Assembly (NCBI GenBank): GCA_036867785.1
Contig: CP145420.1
Location: 372,001 to 436,000 of the forward strand
Source: Plasmodiophora brassicae
Lineage: Eukaryota
Reading direction: 5' to 3'
Length of the DNA: 64,000 bases
Shown here: positions 1-14,355 of the stretch, one piece after another
Layout of the letters: each line of letters starts with the position of its first letter
Numbering within the stretch: position 1 is the stretch's first letter
Program-made: the position numbers and the translations under genes
Notes under the pieces: generated by a model
What the model was told of the DNA's origin: nothing
The model's input: the letters and a program-made list of their open reading frames with translations, nothing else
Database searches by the model: none

Positions 1-943
1 CGGCAACGTCGGCCGGGACGACCATGCCCGACATAGATGCCTGTAGGCGTCGCAGGGCGCTCCAGTTGGAATGCGGTGACCTGGCTGGGTGCAAGGCCGA
101 CATCACCCAGACCTGGAACGGCTGGAACATCCACAGGGACGATGCGACCGTGGATGCGACTTCGACGACAATGATCAGGACGAACGTGGACAGGCTGGCG
201 ATGTGCGGGAACGCTAACTGAACCCAGCATTCGCTGCTGCACTCGATGGCGTACGCGATCAGCGGTTTGATACGGGTCCCGCTGCGCAGCGCCAGACGGT
301 CGCAGACGAGCCAGGGCACCAGGAGGCGGAGGACCAGCGCCAGGGTCCCGAGGGCCATCCCGACAATGCTCTGGACGAACGTTTCATGGGCCGGGACCTG
401 TACGAACCCGACCAACGCTGCTAGGATGAGGATGGCGGCTGTGTTGGCGGCCGACGCCGCCTTAGCGAACTTTCGCGCGTTAGCGACGACGTCGTCGCCA
501 TATGGGTTGACCGCCTTGGCGTATGCCCGGGACTGGAGCGCGTTCACGACGCTTGTCAGCGTCATGGCCACCGCCAGGAGTAGGAACAGGACTGGGTTGA
601 CGTGCAGAAGGTATGGCGCGATAATGGTGGCCACGTAGACGACCCAGACGACGATGCCGCGTCGCACATCGGTGAACAGGAACGCGTCCTCGTCATGGAA
701 CAGGTTCACATTGGAGATTGGCCGGATCACGTACGGGGGCAGCGCCAGCAGCGCCAGGACGACAATCCAGGGCGCTTGCGTGGACTCCAGGGCCGGCGTC
801 GGGTCATGCAGGCCGATAAACCACATGGGGACGAAGACGATCGCCGGCGGCGTCACCAGCAGCAGAAGCAGCCAGACCAGCGTCCCGCGCCGCACAGGCA
901 TCGCATCGGGCACTGCATCAGCAAACACGGGCGCGACCTTCAT
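1..943 (-). CDS. Multi-pass membrane protein, hypothetical (3' end runs off the window)
   Basis: Stop-free minus-strand frame from ATG at 943 to base 1 (MKVAPVFADAVPDAMPVRRGTLVWLLLLVTPPAIVFVPMWFIG...) with many hydrophobic segments. Absent from the ORF track because no stop lies in the window. Confidence 0.75.
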   Translation of the reverse strand, partial: MKVAPVFADAVPDAMPVRRGTLVWLLLLLVTPPAIVFVPMWFIGLHDPTPALESTQAPWIVVLALLALPPYVIRPISNVNLFHDEDAFLFTDVRRGIVVWVVYVATIIAPYLLHVNPVLFLLLAVAMTLTSVVNALQSRAYAKAVNPYGDDVVANARKFAKAASAANTAAILILAALVGFVQVPAHETFVQSIVGMALGTLALVLRLLVPWLVCDRLALRSGTRIKPLIAYAIECSSECWVQLAFPHIASLSTFVLIIVVEVASTVASSLWMFQPFQVWVMSALHPARSPHSNWSALRRLQASMSGMVVPADVA

Positions 944-1271
944 CCACGGTGCCCCCCGTATACAGCCACCGCGGTCGGGGGGTACACCAGGGGTAGGTAG
1001 TACCTACGAACTCCGGTAGATAGACCCGACTATAAATAAAACCGCGTACGGCGGCGTTTTGCCTCGCCACCTGACTGCGTACTGCGTTTGGCCCGGCCCG
1101 GACTGCAGTTGCCGACTGCGGCGAACCGCCCGTGACTGCCCCCATTGTTCACAATAAAGCGTTGGCCACGGTCGGTCTCGGCAGGTGCGACAGTCAGAGC
1201 TGCAGCGGCGGCGTCTGTCCGCGCATTGGGTGTGGCGTGTGCGGCGCGTGCGGTCGTCGCAGGTAGGAGGT

Positions 1272-2071
1272 ATGCGCCCGGGTGGCATCTTCGCCAACGC
1301 TGTGCGGAGCCAGGCGATTAGTCGAGGTGCGACCCCAGTGTGTGCGTTGCCGCGCGCGTGCGTGCGCCGTCTCATGACGCCCGTACAGGGAAGGATGGGG
1401 AGGTGCGGTCGCGGTCCGGACGACGTGGCCTGTTCATCGTCCATCACGACCGATCGCCGACGAATCGCAGGCACCGTCCCGTCAGGCAGCGACCGCCCGT
1501 CGTCGACCTTCTTCTCGACTACGAAGACGGAAGTCGGTATCGCTCCTTCGCTAGGCAGTATCGGCTCCCTGACAGAGTTGCTCGTCCAGCCTATCTTCGC
1601 GCTGCCAGGACGCGCCTACGCGACCTTGTTCGAGATACGCTCGGCGAGATACGCGACGACGACGACGACGATGCGACTGAGGATGCCGCCGTCGACACCC
1701 GTCTGCCTTCGTCATCGCCCATGTCGATCAGCGCTCGGAGCCGGGCAGCGGCGCCTGCTGACCCAGCGCCAGCCCCCTGCGCATCGTCTCTGTGCTGCTC
1801 GGCGTTCCCGCGCCCCACGGAAACGCCCGGTAGCGAGTTCGACCATGTCGCGCTGTCGGTAACGCCTCCGACGCCGACGCCCTTCGTCCACCGGGCGACG
1901 ACGTCCGCGATCCTCGAACCCGACGACATCGACTTCCAGAGCCTGCTCGACAGCCCGGCCCCGGGCGACAGGCGGCGCGCGGCGTCGCATAACGATCGTT
2001 GGCGACCCGATCGTCAGGACATCGACTTTGACGAGTTCGTGTTCAAACCCAGATCCCCATTGCTGTACTAA
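1272..2071 (+). CDS. Hypothetical low-complexity protein
   Basis: ATG at 1272 and a plausible intron ending CAG 1388 join into the 1340..2071 ORF (acidic run, DDIDF repeated twice). 5' structure uncertain. Confidence 0.45.
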
Positions 2072-2230
2072 ATTATCGGACCCTGTTTGTGCGACGAGTG
2101 CAAATCCGGTACACACCGACGGGGGCCCGAGGTTCGATTCGTCGTACCGCGATGCACATCGCCATGATGATAATATCTTCGTCGTCGTCGCCGCCGGTTG
2201 CATGACCGATTCGTTGTCGCCAGGGCCGCG

Positions 2231-5200
2231 ATGGAGACCAGTGGCATCGTGCCTGGAGACGTCGCCGCGCCGGACCAGCAGCGCCCCGGCAAGCGAGCTC
2301 TTCGTCCTGCCGACGTGCTCGAATTGTTTCGCAGCGCCACGTCTGCTGCGCCACGTAAGCCGGGCACCCATCCGAAAGCCTGTGGTTCTGATTGGCGCGC
2401 GTTCCTAGATGGGCAGTTGCCTGCGACGGCGAGAGGGGCGCTCGGTCGCGTGCCGTTCCGGACCGAGCAGAAGCTGGCCGTCGAGTGCTGGCTGAACGAG
2501 AAGCTGGGCCTGGACCCGATCGTCGAGCTGCGGGGCCAGATCGACACGATGCTGGCGAACCAATCGGCGGACCCATACGCGGGCGACTCGTACATCCTGC
2601 GAAAGACCCATCTGTAATATCGACGGCGACGATCCGTCGTCCACGTTCTGACTACCGTGTTAGGGACCAGACAGGGCTGTCCCGATCCGCGTTGAAAGCG
2701 GCCGGCCTGGCACACGACGTCATCGATCGGCTGCACCGAGGGCTGTTCGTGTACACGACGGGCCTTCACGAGCTGTTGAGCGACGTTGGCCCCGATATAG
2801 CCCGGCTGTTCTGGAAGGCGTACTGGCGACTTGCCGACAGGAGCGACACCGGGTCCAGCGAGAACGGTCGCCTGGTCGCCGAAGTACGCGACGAGCACAT
2901 CGAGCATCTGCAGGAGGTGCGCGCCAGGATCGCCGCCCTGGCCAACCATCTCGACGTCGTCAAATCGCTGAGCGAGCGTGACGCCGCCCAACGCTCGGCT
3001 GAAATCGCCGCCGTCCAGACAGACCTTGCTGGCGTCCGCAAGGACCTGTACGACACCCAGACGGAGCTCGACGCGCAACGCAACGCCAACATCGCCCTGT
3101 CCAGGTCGAACGCCGAACTGGACGGGCGTATCGCCCGGATTCAGAAGCAGGTGGCCAGCGCCGAACAAGAGATCGCCAAGCTCAGGCACGATAAGGCCGA
3201 ATGCGAGATCGTCATCAACATCGCCGATCTGAGGCGTCGCAAGTACGAGGACGTGATCGCGTCGTACGAGAAGCGGTCCGCCGAGATGCAATTCAACAAC
3301 GGACGCCTGCTGACCGAACGCGCCGACCTGGACCTGAAGATGGGCGTCCTGTTCTCGTCGTTGCAGGACGCGAACCTGACGATCCGCGCGCTGAAGGACC
3401 AGATCAGCGAGTATGTCCTGGCGCGCGACCAGCAGCACCGGAAGATCGTCCAGGTCCAGAACGAGTGCCACCTGCTGACCGTGAAGTTGCAACGGGAGGC
3501 GCACGACCGCGAGAAGCTGGATGCCAAGTGCACGACGCTGTCGGCGACGATCGCAACGTTAACCGGGGAACGTGCCGCCCTAGTCGACGACCTCGGACGC
3601 GTCAGCGACGACCTCGCCCGCAGCAACTCGTTCCTCGAGACGGCTCTTGAAGAGCTGCGCGTCGCCCGCCAGGACCTTGACGTCACCCGCACAGCGTTAG
3701 CGGATCATCAGCGCGACCTTCGCGACGCACAGGCGCAGGTCGCTGATCGTGACCAACGGATCGTGGCTCAGGCGCGTCACGTCTTCCAGCAATCGGAACA
3801 GCTGGCGAACCTGCGACGACTGAAAGACGGCCTGTGCCGACGCGTGATCGACGAGCGCATCGCCCTGCGACACGCGAAGCGGGCGCGGGCGGCCATGGCC
3901 GCCGATCGCGACGAGATGGAGCAACGGCTTCGGAACCATCAGCAGATGCTGAACGAGGGTCGCGAACAGCTGCGAATGGTCCTGGCTCAGAACGCCAAAG
4001 ACGTCGCCGCCGTGCGCCATGAGCTCAGGAACGTGATCAGCCAGCGTGACGAGCAGATCGAGATCAACGCGACGCTGCGGGCAATGCACGAGGAGTCGCA
4101 GAAGGAGCTGGCGAACCTGACGAACCAGCTGTCGGAAAGGATCACGCTGTCGGAGCAACTAGGCGAGCGCGTTCACACTGCTGATCAGCAACGGCGGGCG
4201 CTGGAGGATCGCCTGGGCGTGTCCGGCTCACAGTTCAACCAGCTGGAGAACCGGCATGCCAACCAGAGCAAGGAGCTGTGCACGGCCATCGACGAGATCA
4301 CGAAGCTGAACACGACCCTGGAGCAGCAGCGGGAAGCGCTCCTGGATCGCACCAACGAACGCGACCAGCTGTCCAACGAGCTCGCCGAGCTCAAGGAGGC
4401 ATTCTTCGCAGACATGGCCAACGTGAAGGCGGCGCATGAGACGGAACGTCAGCAGCTGCTGGACGAGATCGCTAGGGACAAAGAGGAGCGCGACCAGGTC
4501 GAGAGCAGGCTGCAAGAGAAGCTGGCCGAGCATTACTCTGCCACGGAGGAGCTGGAGAGGCAGGTCGTGATGCGTGTTCAGCAGTGTACGAAGCTGGCGT
4601 TCGACCTGCAGCAGATGTCCAAGACGATGGCGACGGCCGAGGAACGCCATCGTTCAGAGATTGGCGTGCTCGAGGCTGGCAACGCCGAGCTGAAGGCGAA
4701 AGTCGACGTGCTAACGGCTGCGTTGACCGCGGCTAACGTTGCCGCCAAGGAGCACATGAAGGCCATGATCACCGACGCGCCGGTACAGCCGTCGTCGGCC
4801 AGGCCTGACATGGTCAGCATTGCCGTGCAGACGATGTCCAGCGGGATCACAGTCGAGCCGAAGACGAACACGGTCGCGATCGCGGCCCCTAGCAGCAACG
4901 CTGACCAGGCGCGCTTGACGCGCCTCCTTCGCGAATTCGATGTTCACGACGAGGTCAGCCAGACAAAGACGGATGAAGATCCAGTCGCCCTGCATGGACG
5001 TCCATCGGTCGGGCGCCGCCCCGAATCGTTCGCTCGTGCAACGTCGGTCGGGAGCTCGACAACGGGGACTCAAAGCGGTGATAGCGCAGGCCAGAATGTC
5101 ACCGATTTGCCTCACGGAGACTTCAAGGTGGAGGCTTCGAGTCGAACGTCATTCAGCCGACGTACGTCCGTGGGTGAATCAGTCGCTCCTGCAAGGCAGT

Positions 5201-5712
5201 CCAGACGACGAGCGCCGCTGTCAAGGAAGACGTCCGTCACTGAAACAGAGGACAAGACATCAGGTGCGTCGAGCAGCAGCAGTAGAAGCAGCGTTTTAGA
5301 GGAAGCGGCGCTGCCTGAAGCGACCGCGACACTGGCGGGTGTGGTTGTTGCGGGCCCAGACGAGACGATGAGCGCGACGAGTTTCGGAGACATGTCGGCA
5401 CTGGCCACGGGACGATGGAACCTATTGAAGCGCAAGGCGAAGCTGACCCACAGCGTCGGCCCGGCTACGGGTACGGAGACTGGCGGCGCTCAAGCAGGGC
5501 CCGCTCCGGTGCTGAGGCGACGAAGCAGCGGTGGCAGTGTCGAGGATGACGCCGACGACGTGTACGTTGGCAAGCCCGGCGATTCAGCGAGACGGCCGGC
5601 GCGATTGCCGCCGGTCACGTCGCGAGCAAACACGGGCGTCTTCTTAGCGCATGGTCAAGCGGCGGCCAGGGATCTCGGCATCGGTCCTTCTGTTCGGTAT
5701 CGGCAACGATAA
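2231..5712 (+). CDS. Large coiled-coil protein with disordered S/R-rich tail
   Basis: ATG 2231; introns 2355-2408 and 2614-2663 join frames into the 1106-aa ORF; ~600 aa of heptad-rich E/L/Q/R sequence. Confidence 0.8.
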
Positions 5713-5778
5713 ACGCGCCTGCTGAGGAGTACAGGTAGCTTGGCGGTATCGGTTCAGTTGGAGCCAGGCGTTTGCCCT

Positions 5779-7401
5779 ATGATCGAGCACGTAATCCTCG
5801 AGTACGGTGTACATCCAATGGTCTTAACGGCACCATCAGCTAGGTCGCCTGACGATCAGGTCGACAATGGGGGCGAACGTTTGCCGACGTTAGCCATCAC
5901 GAAACAGAACTTGGCAGATATATCATCCCTTCTTGATCAGCAGGGGGACACGCTTCGCGTGCTGGTGCTCTCCAATGTGGGACTCAGCGAGGTACCTGAC
6001 GGCCTGCCTAACGGGCTTGAGACACTGGACCTATCCCACAACCAGATCCAAAGCACAGTCGGTTTGCAGAGACTGCCGAACCTCACGACACTGCGACTGA
6101 ACCATAACGCGATCCGGTCCCTGCTTCCCGCTATCGTACGCGGCGTCTCCACTCTAGTCGCCAGCCACAACAATATTGCAAGCTTCGAGGGGCTGCAGGA
6201 TCTTCGCACCTTGACGCACCTTGACGTCCGATTCAATCAGGTTTGTATCAAGCGTCACCACCAACGGGTTCTCTTGTGACTAAGTTGTATCAGATCAAAA
6301 CGATGGATGAGATCAGGAAGCTGGGGCGTAACCGTCGCTTGCGAATACTCTGCCTCGAAGGCAACGATATAGCCAAGGCGAGCGCTCAGTTGCGCCAGAC
6401 GTGCCAGACAAACCTGTCAGCGTTAACAATGCTAGATTCAACGAAACTACCAAGACGGTTGTCGAGCCAGTGTCGGCCAGGTCCCGCCATCCGACCGAGG
6501 ATGCGATCGCAGGAAAGACAACCTGCTTTGAGACCTGCGACGCCACCGGGAACTCACGCATCCGCAATCGTCGATGACGGGTCGATAAGCGAGTCGGTTG
6601 CAGGCGTTGAATACGCCAGTGCGTCGTCGCTGTCTACGCATCTACAGCATATCATCAAAACCATGAACATGAAGATTAACAAGCTCTATACGTACCACCT
6701 CGTTGAGCTCGACCTGGTCTCACGACAACAGGTTCGTCCGAATCAGCACAAATGTGTGCAAAGCGTGACGGCCATCCGCGCAGGTTCAACTGAACGAGAT
6801 CAAGGATTCAGTAGCGACACTGATGTCGTCGCCTGTTCCCACCGGTCCAGCATTGCCGACCGTGAGACTGGACGCCTCCGATGAGCGACAGCCCCTGTTG
6901 AAACCAGATGAGGCCGTCGTCGATGTCAGCGAAAAAGCCGACAGGCGCCAGAAGGCAAAGATTCCAAAGGTCTTGGTCGACTGGATCAAACAGCTGGACG
7001 AGGAGATCGTGACGACGACCAGGTCGCTCCGGCTGCTGCTCGATATTCCCGAAGGGCACGGGTTCGCCGACAAGGTCGACCGATTCGAACGCGTCATGAA
7101 CAGTGCCGACCTGCTCAACTCGTTCAAGCTGCCGGCTGAGGTGGCAAACCTGCTGAAATCGCTCCCGGAAGGTAACGCCACACAGCTCGCCCCTGCAAAC
7201 GGCGACCCGCCCTGAACCAACCGCCACGCAGACCTACTGGACATCATCCGATCCGGCGCCATGAAGTTGGACTGGGCGCGATCCTCCATCCGAACATTCA
7301 TCGGCGCCGCCCGCCATGGCAACCGCGACGCGGCCGCCGTCGCCGACCTGCGCCAGCGCCTGCGCCTGCGCATGGCCGACGCGAACCACGGGCGGCCATG
7401 A
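5779..7401 (+). CDS. Leucine-rich repeat protein (SDS22-like LRRs plus LRR cap)
   Basis: LETLDLSHNQI, LTTLRLNHNAI, LTHLDVRFNQ, LRILCLEGNDI. Introns ~6241-6293, 6732-6784 and 7172-7231; last exon ends ...ADANHGRP* at 7401. Confidence 0.8.
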
Positions 7402-7658
7402 ACCGCAGCCGCAACGCCACCCCACCCCACCCGCCACCAACCCACCCGTTACGCGACTGACGCGATGCAGCTGCAGCCGACCGCGGGCCACCCCACCCCC
7501 ATAGAGAATGACGATAATGCCATTTTGCATGATGCGCCGCAGCGACACATGTGTGGCCGTTTCGTGACTGGGCGGGGTGCGGCGTGCGTGTTCTGTATTG
7601 AGGTCCAGTGGGGGCGGGGCGGAGTTCAGCGCGTCGCGCGCGCGCGCCCCGCGCTGTC

Positions 7659-9470
7659 ATGGACGTGCCGTTGGACAGGGCGCTGGCGGAGCTGGCCAGC
7701 GCCGTGCCCGAGCTGCTTGACCGGTCGCTGTACTATGCTGCGCGATGGGCGTCCGAGCTGCTGCTGTCGAGCGGGGCAGGCGTTGTGCCTGGGGGCGAGG
7801 CGGGGCCCCGATTCGACGACCGGGAAGCGGCCGCGGTCGGGTTGGCGAAATCGTTCGTCGGGCTTCGTCAGCATCGTCGGGCGGCGAATGCGCTCACAGG
7901 GTGCACGACGCCGCTGGCCGTGTTTATCAGGGCGTATTCACGGTTCCTGGCCGGTGAGAAACGGAAGGAGGATGAAGGCCTGGAGCAGGGCAGCACGAGC
8001 CGCCTGGTGAACGAGGAGCTGTCTGGATTGGACGCCGAGCTGAGCGACGCGTACTCGTCGGGTGCACTAGATGGGTTTGGGCTCTACATGTACGGTATCG
8101 TACTGAAATCGTTACAACGGTTCGAGCAAGCCCGACGTGCGCTCGTTGAATCGGTGAACGTGTACCCGTGGAACTGGTCGGCGTGGAAGGCCCTGGCGTC
8201 ACTGGTCACCGACATGTCAATGGTCAGCGCGCCCTGACATCTGACGCACATAACGAGCAATAACCAATCGCTTAGGTCAGAACGCTGGAGCTTCGCGAGC
8301 ACTGGATGCTGTACTTCTTCAGGGTTGAAGTTGGTATCGAGCTTCACGACGGCGAGAGCGCAATGGCTGCGATCAACGTCGTTAAACCGTGCTTCCCACA
8401 GGTAATGATTAGATCGCGAGCCCGATCGGACTAGCGCCACCTGACAAACGTTTGCTTACCGATAGAGCCTGTACATATTGTCGCAAACGGCGATGGTGCA
8501 CTACAATGAGCGGGATTTCGACGCCGCGCAGGAGATCTTTGAAGAGATCCGCGAAACGGATCCGGACCGGCTCGATCAGATGGATACGTATTCCAATATC
8601 CTCTTCGTCAAGGAATCGAAAGGCGCGCTGTCCTACTTGGCGCACAACGCCGTCCAGTCTGAGAAGTACTGCCCCGAGACATGCTGCATCATCGGTAACT
8701 ACTACAGCCTGAAATGCGAACATGAGAAGGCGGTTCTGTACTTCCAGCGCGCCCTGAAGCTGAACCCGCAGTACCTCAGCGCCTGGACGCTGATGGGGCA
8801 TGAGTACATCGAGCTTCACAACACGGCTGCTGCCATCAGCGCCTATAGGCAAGCCGTGGACATCAACCCGAAGGACTATCGAGCTTGGTATGGCCTTGGT
8901 CAGGCGTACGAACTTCTGCAGATGCACACGTACTCGCTGTACTACTTCGGCAAGGCCGTGCACGTTCGACCATTCGACCCTCGGATGTGGTGTGCGCTTG
9001 CCAACTCCTACGAAAGGCTTGAAATGATTGACGATGCTATTCGCTGCTGTAAGCGCGCCGAGTCATGCAACGATCGAGAAGGTCAGTGCCGTAGCGTCTG
9101 AAGTACGTTAGGTGCATCCAATCACACATGCTCTGCAGGCATCGCATTGTACAAGTTGGCCAAGCTCTATGTCGCCAAGAACGATATGAAGAAGGCGGCA
9201 CATTTCTATGGCAAGGTCGTCGAGCGCCACGACGCTCAATCCGGTGAGAACGCCGAGACAGCAGAGATCATCGATGCGTTGATGTTCCTCGCCCAGTACT
9301 ACAAAGACTGCGCTGCTTTCACTGAAGCCGAAGCGTGCTGCGCCAGACTGCTGCATACGACGGGCGCCGACGATGCTCGAGCAATGCAGAAAGAGTTGCA
9401 CCAGCTGCGTCTGAAACGAGACTTTTCGCCTCGAGAACAACAAGACTATGATATGTCAATGTCGCCTTGA
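7659..9470 (+). CDS. CDC23: Anaphase-promoting complex subunit 8 (TPR protein)
   Basis: APC8 motifs: [88 protein letters not shown]; about three introns. Confidence 0.95.
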
Positions 9471-9747
9471 GAAGTACAGTCTCGCGGGTGGCGCGTTATT
9501 TGCCTCCTTTACGTTGTAGCTAGCGTGCTGAGTGGTAAACCAAGTACCGAGTACCGTTCCCTGGGTAAGTATAGTCGATGTCCATCGACGCTCAGGGGCC
9601 GTTCAATGCATGAAAAGAATTCCTGCTCAACGAACGCTATCGTTTCGACATCTATATCGCTTGTATGAGTGGTGACAGTCTGGGAATTCGGAAATATTGG
9701 ATTGCAGGTCCTGGATTCAGCGCTTCACTGTGCCTGGCGGTCTCAAA

Positions 9748-12576
9748 TCAGAAGGGGAACATCGGGTTCCAGATCCGAGGATCCATTGTTTCGCCCCGTT
9801 TGACAGCGTCGGTGCCGTAGACGATGCTCAGCTCCGCCTCGAACATTTCCCGCCGGAACGCGACTCGCACGTCCGGGACATTCGTTGACTTGATATCGTT
9901 GCTATCGGCTCCAACGAGCCGATAGCTAGGGCCAAGCCAATGGCTTTTGCAGCGGTCCGGGAACCCGCTGATTTGTACGGATGTACATGCGATCTCGCAC
10001 ATGTCGACAGAGCTCAACTTCCAGACCTGGGTAGCGACACTGTACTCCTCGAGTAACGGCTCTTTCGTGAAGTGAATCATCAGCGGATCGTCCGTTGAAA
10101 TCGTCACTTTCAATCCCCGAGAGAACAGCCTGGGGAACTAGGCGCACCTTCACATGAGAGACCGATCGATGTCGTTGATAGAGCAACCACATACTGGGTT
10201 CTTATCATACGGAACGAAGAGCATGTTATTGCTCAGCGGGGACAACGAAATCCCAATTTGCGTCAAGTAGAACAGGTATTGCAGTACAGGGCTCTTCCGC
10301 AACATCACCCCGTGCGCAATCTGCGCAAATGAAATTCGGTACGATTGACGGTACGCGCCAAGGGTGATATTATACGTACGGATTCGGCAGTCATGAAGGC
10401 AACGGCAAGGTGGTCCACGTCTCCCGCTTCACCCTGTGGAACGTTTCAACAGTGTTCGCTTTGGTGCACAACGTGACTCAGACCGCGTGTGGGCGATACG
10501 AAAATGTGTTGAAGCCCCGAGCTTTGCGAATATGGTTGAGAGCTTGGAGATTGGCGAAGATGTAATATGACCACATCGAGTAAGGCGGATTGATAGGACT
10601 GTACAGTTTAGAATCCATCAAACATTGACGAATCGGAACGCTTACAGGTCCCAGTCTTCCGGCAGTGGCAATTTCGCATTCAGAACCGGTTCTCTCTGAC
10701 TGATGAAACCGATGAGCAAGGCAACCAAGCCACGAGAGCAAACGCTAGTGACCTTTCGTCATCAACAGTGTCAAAGCTAGCAACAAGCTTCAAGAAGTTA
10801 TGAAGTTTGATATCATAGCTGGGATCGATGGATACATGGAACAGCGGCAGAAAGATATTGTCAATGACTTCCTGGAACCTCTGGACGATCCCGGCGCTCT
10901 TGTAGACGGAGTACAGACGAGGGATTTGTATCATCCACCGCACGTTCGCATGGTACAGCTTGTTATCGTAGACCCAGGCAGCAAGCTTATTCCACTCCTT
11001 CATTGAACGCCCATAGATGGACAGACGGTATTCTGTAGCAAAGTCAGACAAAGCCACAGATGTCCGGGACACATTCAGAAATGGAAAGTACACCTACCCG
11101 CAAATTGGTACTTGTTCGCCTCCAGGTCGGAGAAAACTTCTTGTGTGATTTCGGCCAAGAACCGCCCCTTGATCCGGTTGTCCGTTTTTAAGAAGATTTC
11201 ACGAAGTCTCGTTTCACCAATCGGGTTGTACCTGTTCCCAGTTACACATGCATCGATAGACAACGTGCCCGACAGCACAAACTTCAGGTTAAACTTGTCG
11301 AAGCGGTGAAACGAATCCTGATGGGCGTGCATGTCCAGAGCATCGATGTTGAGGTCATACTCGGTCAGATTCAGGGAGTTGAAGACTTCGCGGAGGGTCA
11401 AAATTTGGCCGTCACTGTCGACATTATCGTCAATCACATAAACCTGGCAATGGCATTGTAATACACACCGTTCTGTACAAGGCAAATTTCCGTCTTCACG
11501 AAGCTTTCGCTTGATGAATCGGAGAAGATGTTTCTGGTTCATGCACGCAGAGTGATGGACGTGATTGTCAACCTTCCGGACATTGTAAAAGTCTCGGTGA
11601 GGGACGAGCTGCCAGCACATGTTGGTTTCGTCGCATACACACGATGAGTCTCCGTACCTTCTGGGCCTCGGACTCGATCCTCTGATTGAGCGTCACATGC
11701 ATGAGGAAACGAGCGTCAAGGATCTGCAAACGTTTGTAGCAAAAGGATTTCGTTGGGCCATCAGCGACGATGTCACAGAGGATCTACAAATGTGTGTGAG
11801 GACAGCCACTGCACGGCAGTCAAGCGCCCTACGTCAAGGTCCTGGTAGAATTGTTGAACAGTTCGCACGGGAAGTGGCGGCTTGCTTCGATCAGGGGTCT
11901 CCCAGCATGTCACAACACCGTTCACCATTTCGAACACGTGCGATGACTTTCCAGGAACTGGACCACGAAATGGGTCCTTCTCGTCTACAGCGGCGTTAAG
12001 ACAATGTGTTCTCGTTTACGTCGAGGGAGCATCTCCAGTACCTTCAATGACAGCACCATCACACTTCAGGGAAGAATTGAAATATCGATGTCGTATGTCG
12101 ATCGCCATCCGCAGCAAGCTCGTTAGTTCAGGGGCGTGGAATGATTCGTCGTCTGAGAATGCTTATCAGAGAAATGGCAAATACAGCAGGCCAGTCAGTT
12201 GGAACCTTCGATTCGCACTCGTTGATACCCGGTTGGCAATTTCTGTGGCAACTCCTTTACAGCGAATAAGAACGAACAACGGACGCCACACGCGACAGAG
12301 CCTACGGGATGAGGTTGGACTTCACGACTGGCCTTTTGCAAGTCATGATATGAGAGACAACTCTGCCTATGTCGGGTAGACTCCAGCGACCCGACAACGG
12401 CGATCTCAGGCGACGATTCTGAACCACTTTCGTTGGACTCCAACCCTGTCTTCACCGGCGACGGTGGGCGGTTGCCGTTGACTGGCTATATCGACAGCAA
12501 TGATCACATATTTGCCCCCGGCATGCAGGCGGGTCCTTACCTCATCGGTACCAAACTGCCGAGACGCCGACGTCAT
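9748..12576 (-). CDS. AMPD: AMP deaminase
   Basis: [73 protein letters not shown]; many short introns; probable ATG at 12576 ([12 protein letters not shown]). Confidence 0.95.
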
Positions 12577-12742
12577 CACGGCAACTGACGACCAGCGAGC
12601 GCAGGCACGCCGCAGAGCAAATTGCCGGCGCCCGGTCAGCGGTACCGATGCCGACACCCGAAATATACGGTGAAACTTGGTACCGGTGCCGGGTTTTCAA
12701 CGTCACCGGGACTCTTTGTATTGATGGTCACGTTGGCACACG

Positions 12743-14203
12743 CTAGCGCTGATGTTCCAGATAGTCCAGTTCCTGAAAGGAAGACAGCAAGCACTGCATG
12801 CGAACTTGGCAAAGTTGGACTGTGCTCCGGCATGTCACCACGCTATGGGACGTTGTCCGAGTGCGGATGGGGGGTTACCGGCAAACTCGATTTCCTTTTG
12901 ACGAAGCAGTTTCGCCCTCGACAGCATGGACTCGATCTGGGCGAGGAGCGTATTCTCAATCGTTTCAGCTTGTTTTGCCTCATCCTGGTCTTGTTCTAAG
13001 GCTTTCGAACGACCTTCCTGCAGCCACTAAAGACAGTTCAGTTGCCGGGTAATGAAACTTGGAGTCGCTACCTGGGTAGCATAGTACCTACTTTTAGGCA
13101 TTCCTGCTTCTCACAGTCCGACGGCTCGCGAAGGACGGGCAACGCCGCAGGTGCGGTACAGCCGCCAGTAGCAGAAAGTGAAACCTGCATAGGCATCAGT
13201 GATTCCTGAAACACAAGGTCACAACGAACCCCAGGACTTCAAGCGAGGGTTTAGAGTTTGGCGAGTCAGCGCATAGAGCGGGCGAAGACTGTTTCATAGA
13301 CAAATTGTCACAATCGGGGGTATCGGATGGAACGCAATCTCTGCCACAACAATCGTTCAGTCGACACCGCAACGAACTGCCACAAACCGAACTTTGGCAG
13401 CGGCTCGATGGATAAGGGAGTGTGCGCGACAGGTGGTCGCATCGTCTTGTCAGTTCTTAGAGGCATTGGCGGTTTCGATGCAATCGGGGCGACAGACTTC
13501 AGAGCTCCCTTAGGTGCACTTTCCGTAACGGCTTCGATAGTGGACTTCGCGGCCTCCACAGACTTGACGATCTGATTCGTAGGCGTCACAGCAATGCTCT
13601 TCTTGAAGAACCGTCCAGCGTCTGCCGTCTCATGCGTTGCAGGCTTCCTGTGTACAGGTGTTAGAGCGTCAACTCTTCAACGCTTGAAATCGGTACGGGT
13701 CGCTGGACGCTTCACTAGGAATTGTTTGCGCGTCGGTGCCACCATTGAACCTTCACGAAGATCAGGAGAATGTCATATATAACACTGGGTGAACCAACGC
13801 TGCCGCCTGGGTGAAGCTGAATGGAGGGATATTGACTCGCGTGCAGTCATCATCGCCGAATGTAATGTTCTGCGGCTCTGATGCGGCATGCCTGTTGGAA
13901 TATCAGCCTAGGTAGGCAGATTGAAGGACATGTACGGTGCCAACAGTTTGTTGATCCTTGGCAGCTTAGGTGCGCGATCAAGGAAGAAATCATTCCCGGT
14001 CCGGTCGTCACTGATAGCCCTGTACACATGTCGTTACTGGTTGGACTGTAGCACGTTCCAATACGTTAGTCGAACGGCCCGTCTCCAGCGAAGCCGGCAT
14101 CGCTCAGATGGTCGGCATCGTCCGGACCGATTCCGTCGACGCGAGGGCGCTTGCCAGGACTCGCAATGGTCGGGTCCGCCGACAGTTTCGTATTCGCTGA
14201 CAT
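12743..14203 (-). CDS. Hypothetical multi-exon protein
   Basis: Phase-consistent exons can be chained (...RAPKLPRINKLLAP|HAASEPQNITFGDDD...|KPATHETADAGRFFKK... and ...EQDQDEAKQAETIENTLLAQIESML...). Both ends uncertain. Confidence 0.5.
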
Positions 14204-14355
14204 CTCCGGACAGTGTCCCAGGATCGCCTCAGCCAACCGCGAAACGAAGGTAACCCACCCGAATTCCAAATGGCAGCCCGAACTGCAGATCTCACTGGCA
14301 GGTCCGATCCCAAAAAGTGAGGCAGCAGTTGAGTAGGGATGGATGTATTGCCTGT

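Noticed and set aside
2095-2155. GGTTCGATTC T-loop-like motif
   Set aside because: No cloverleaf stems; not a tRNA.
2068-3504. 478-aa antisense ORF over the coiled-coil gene
   Set aside because: GC-rich antisense shadow of a real CDS.
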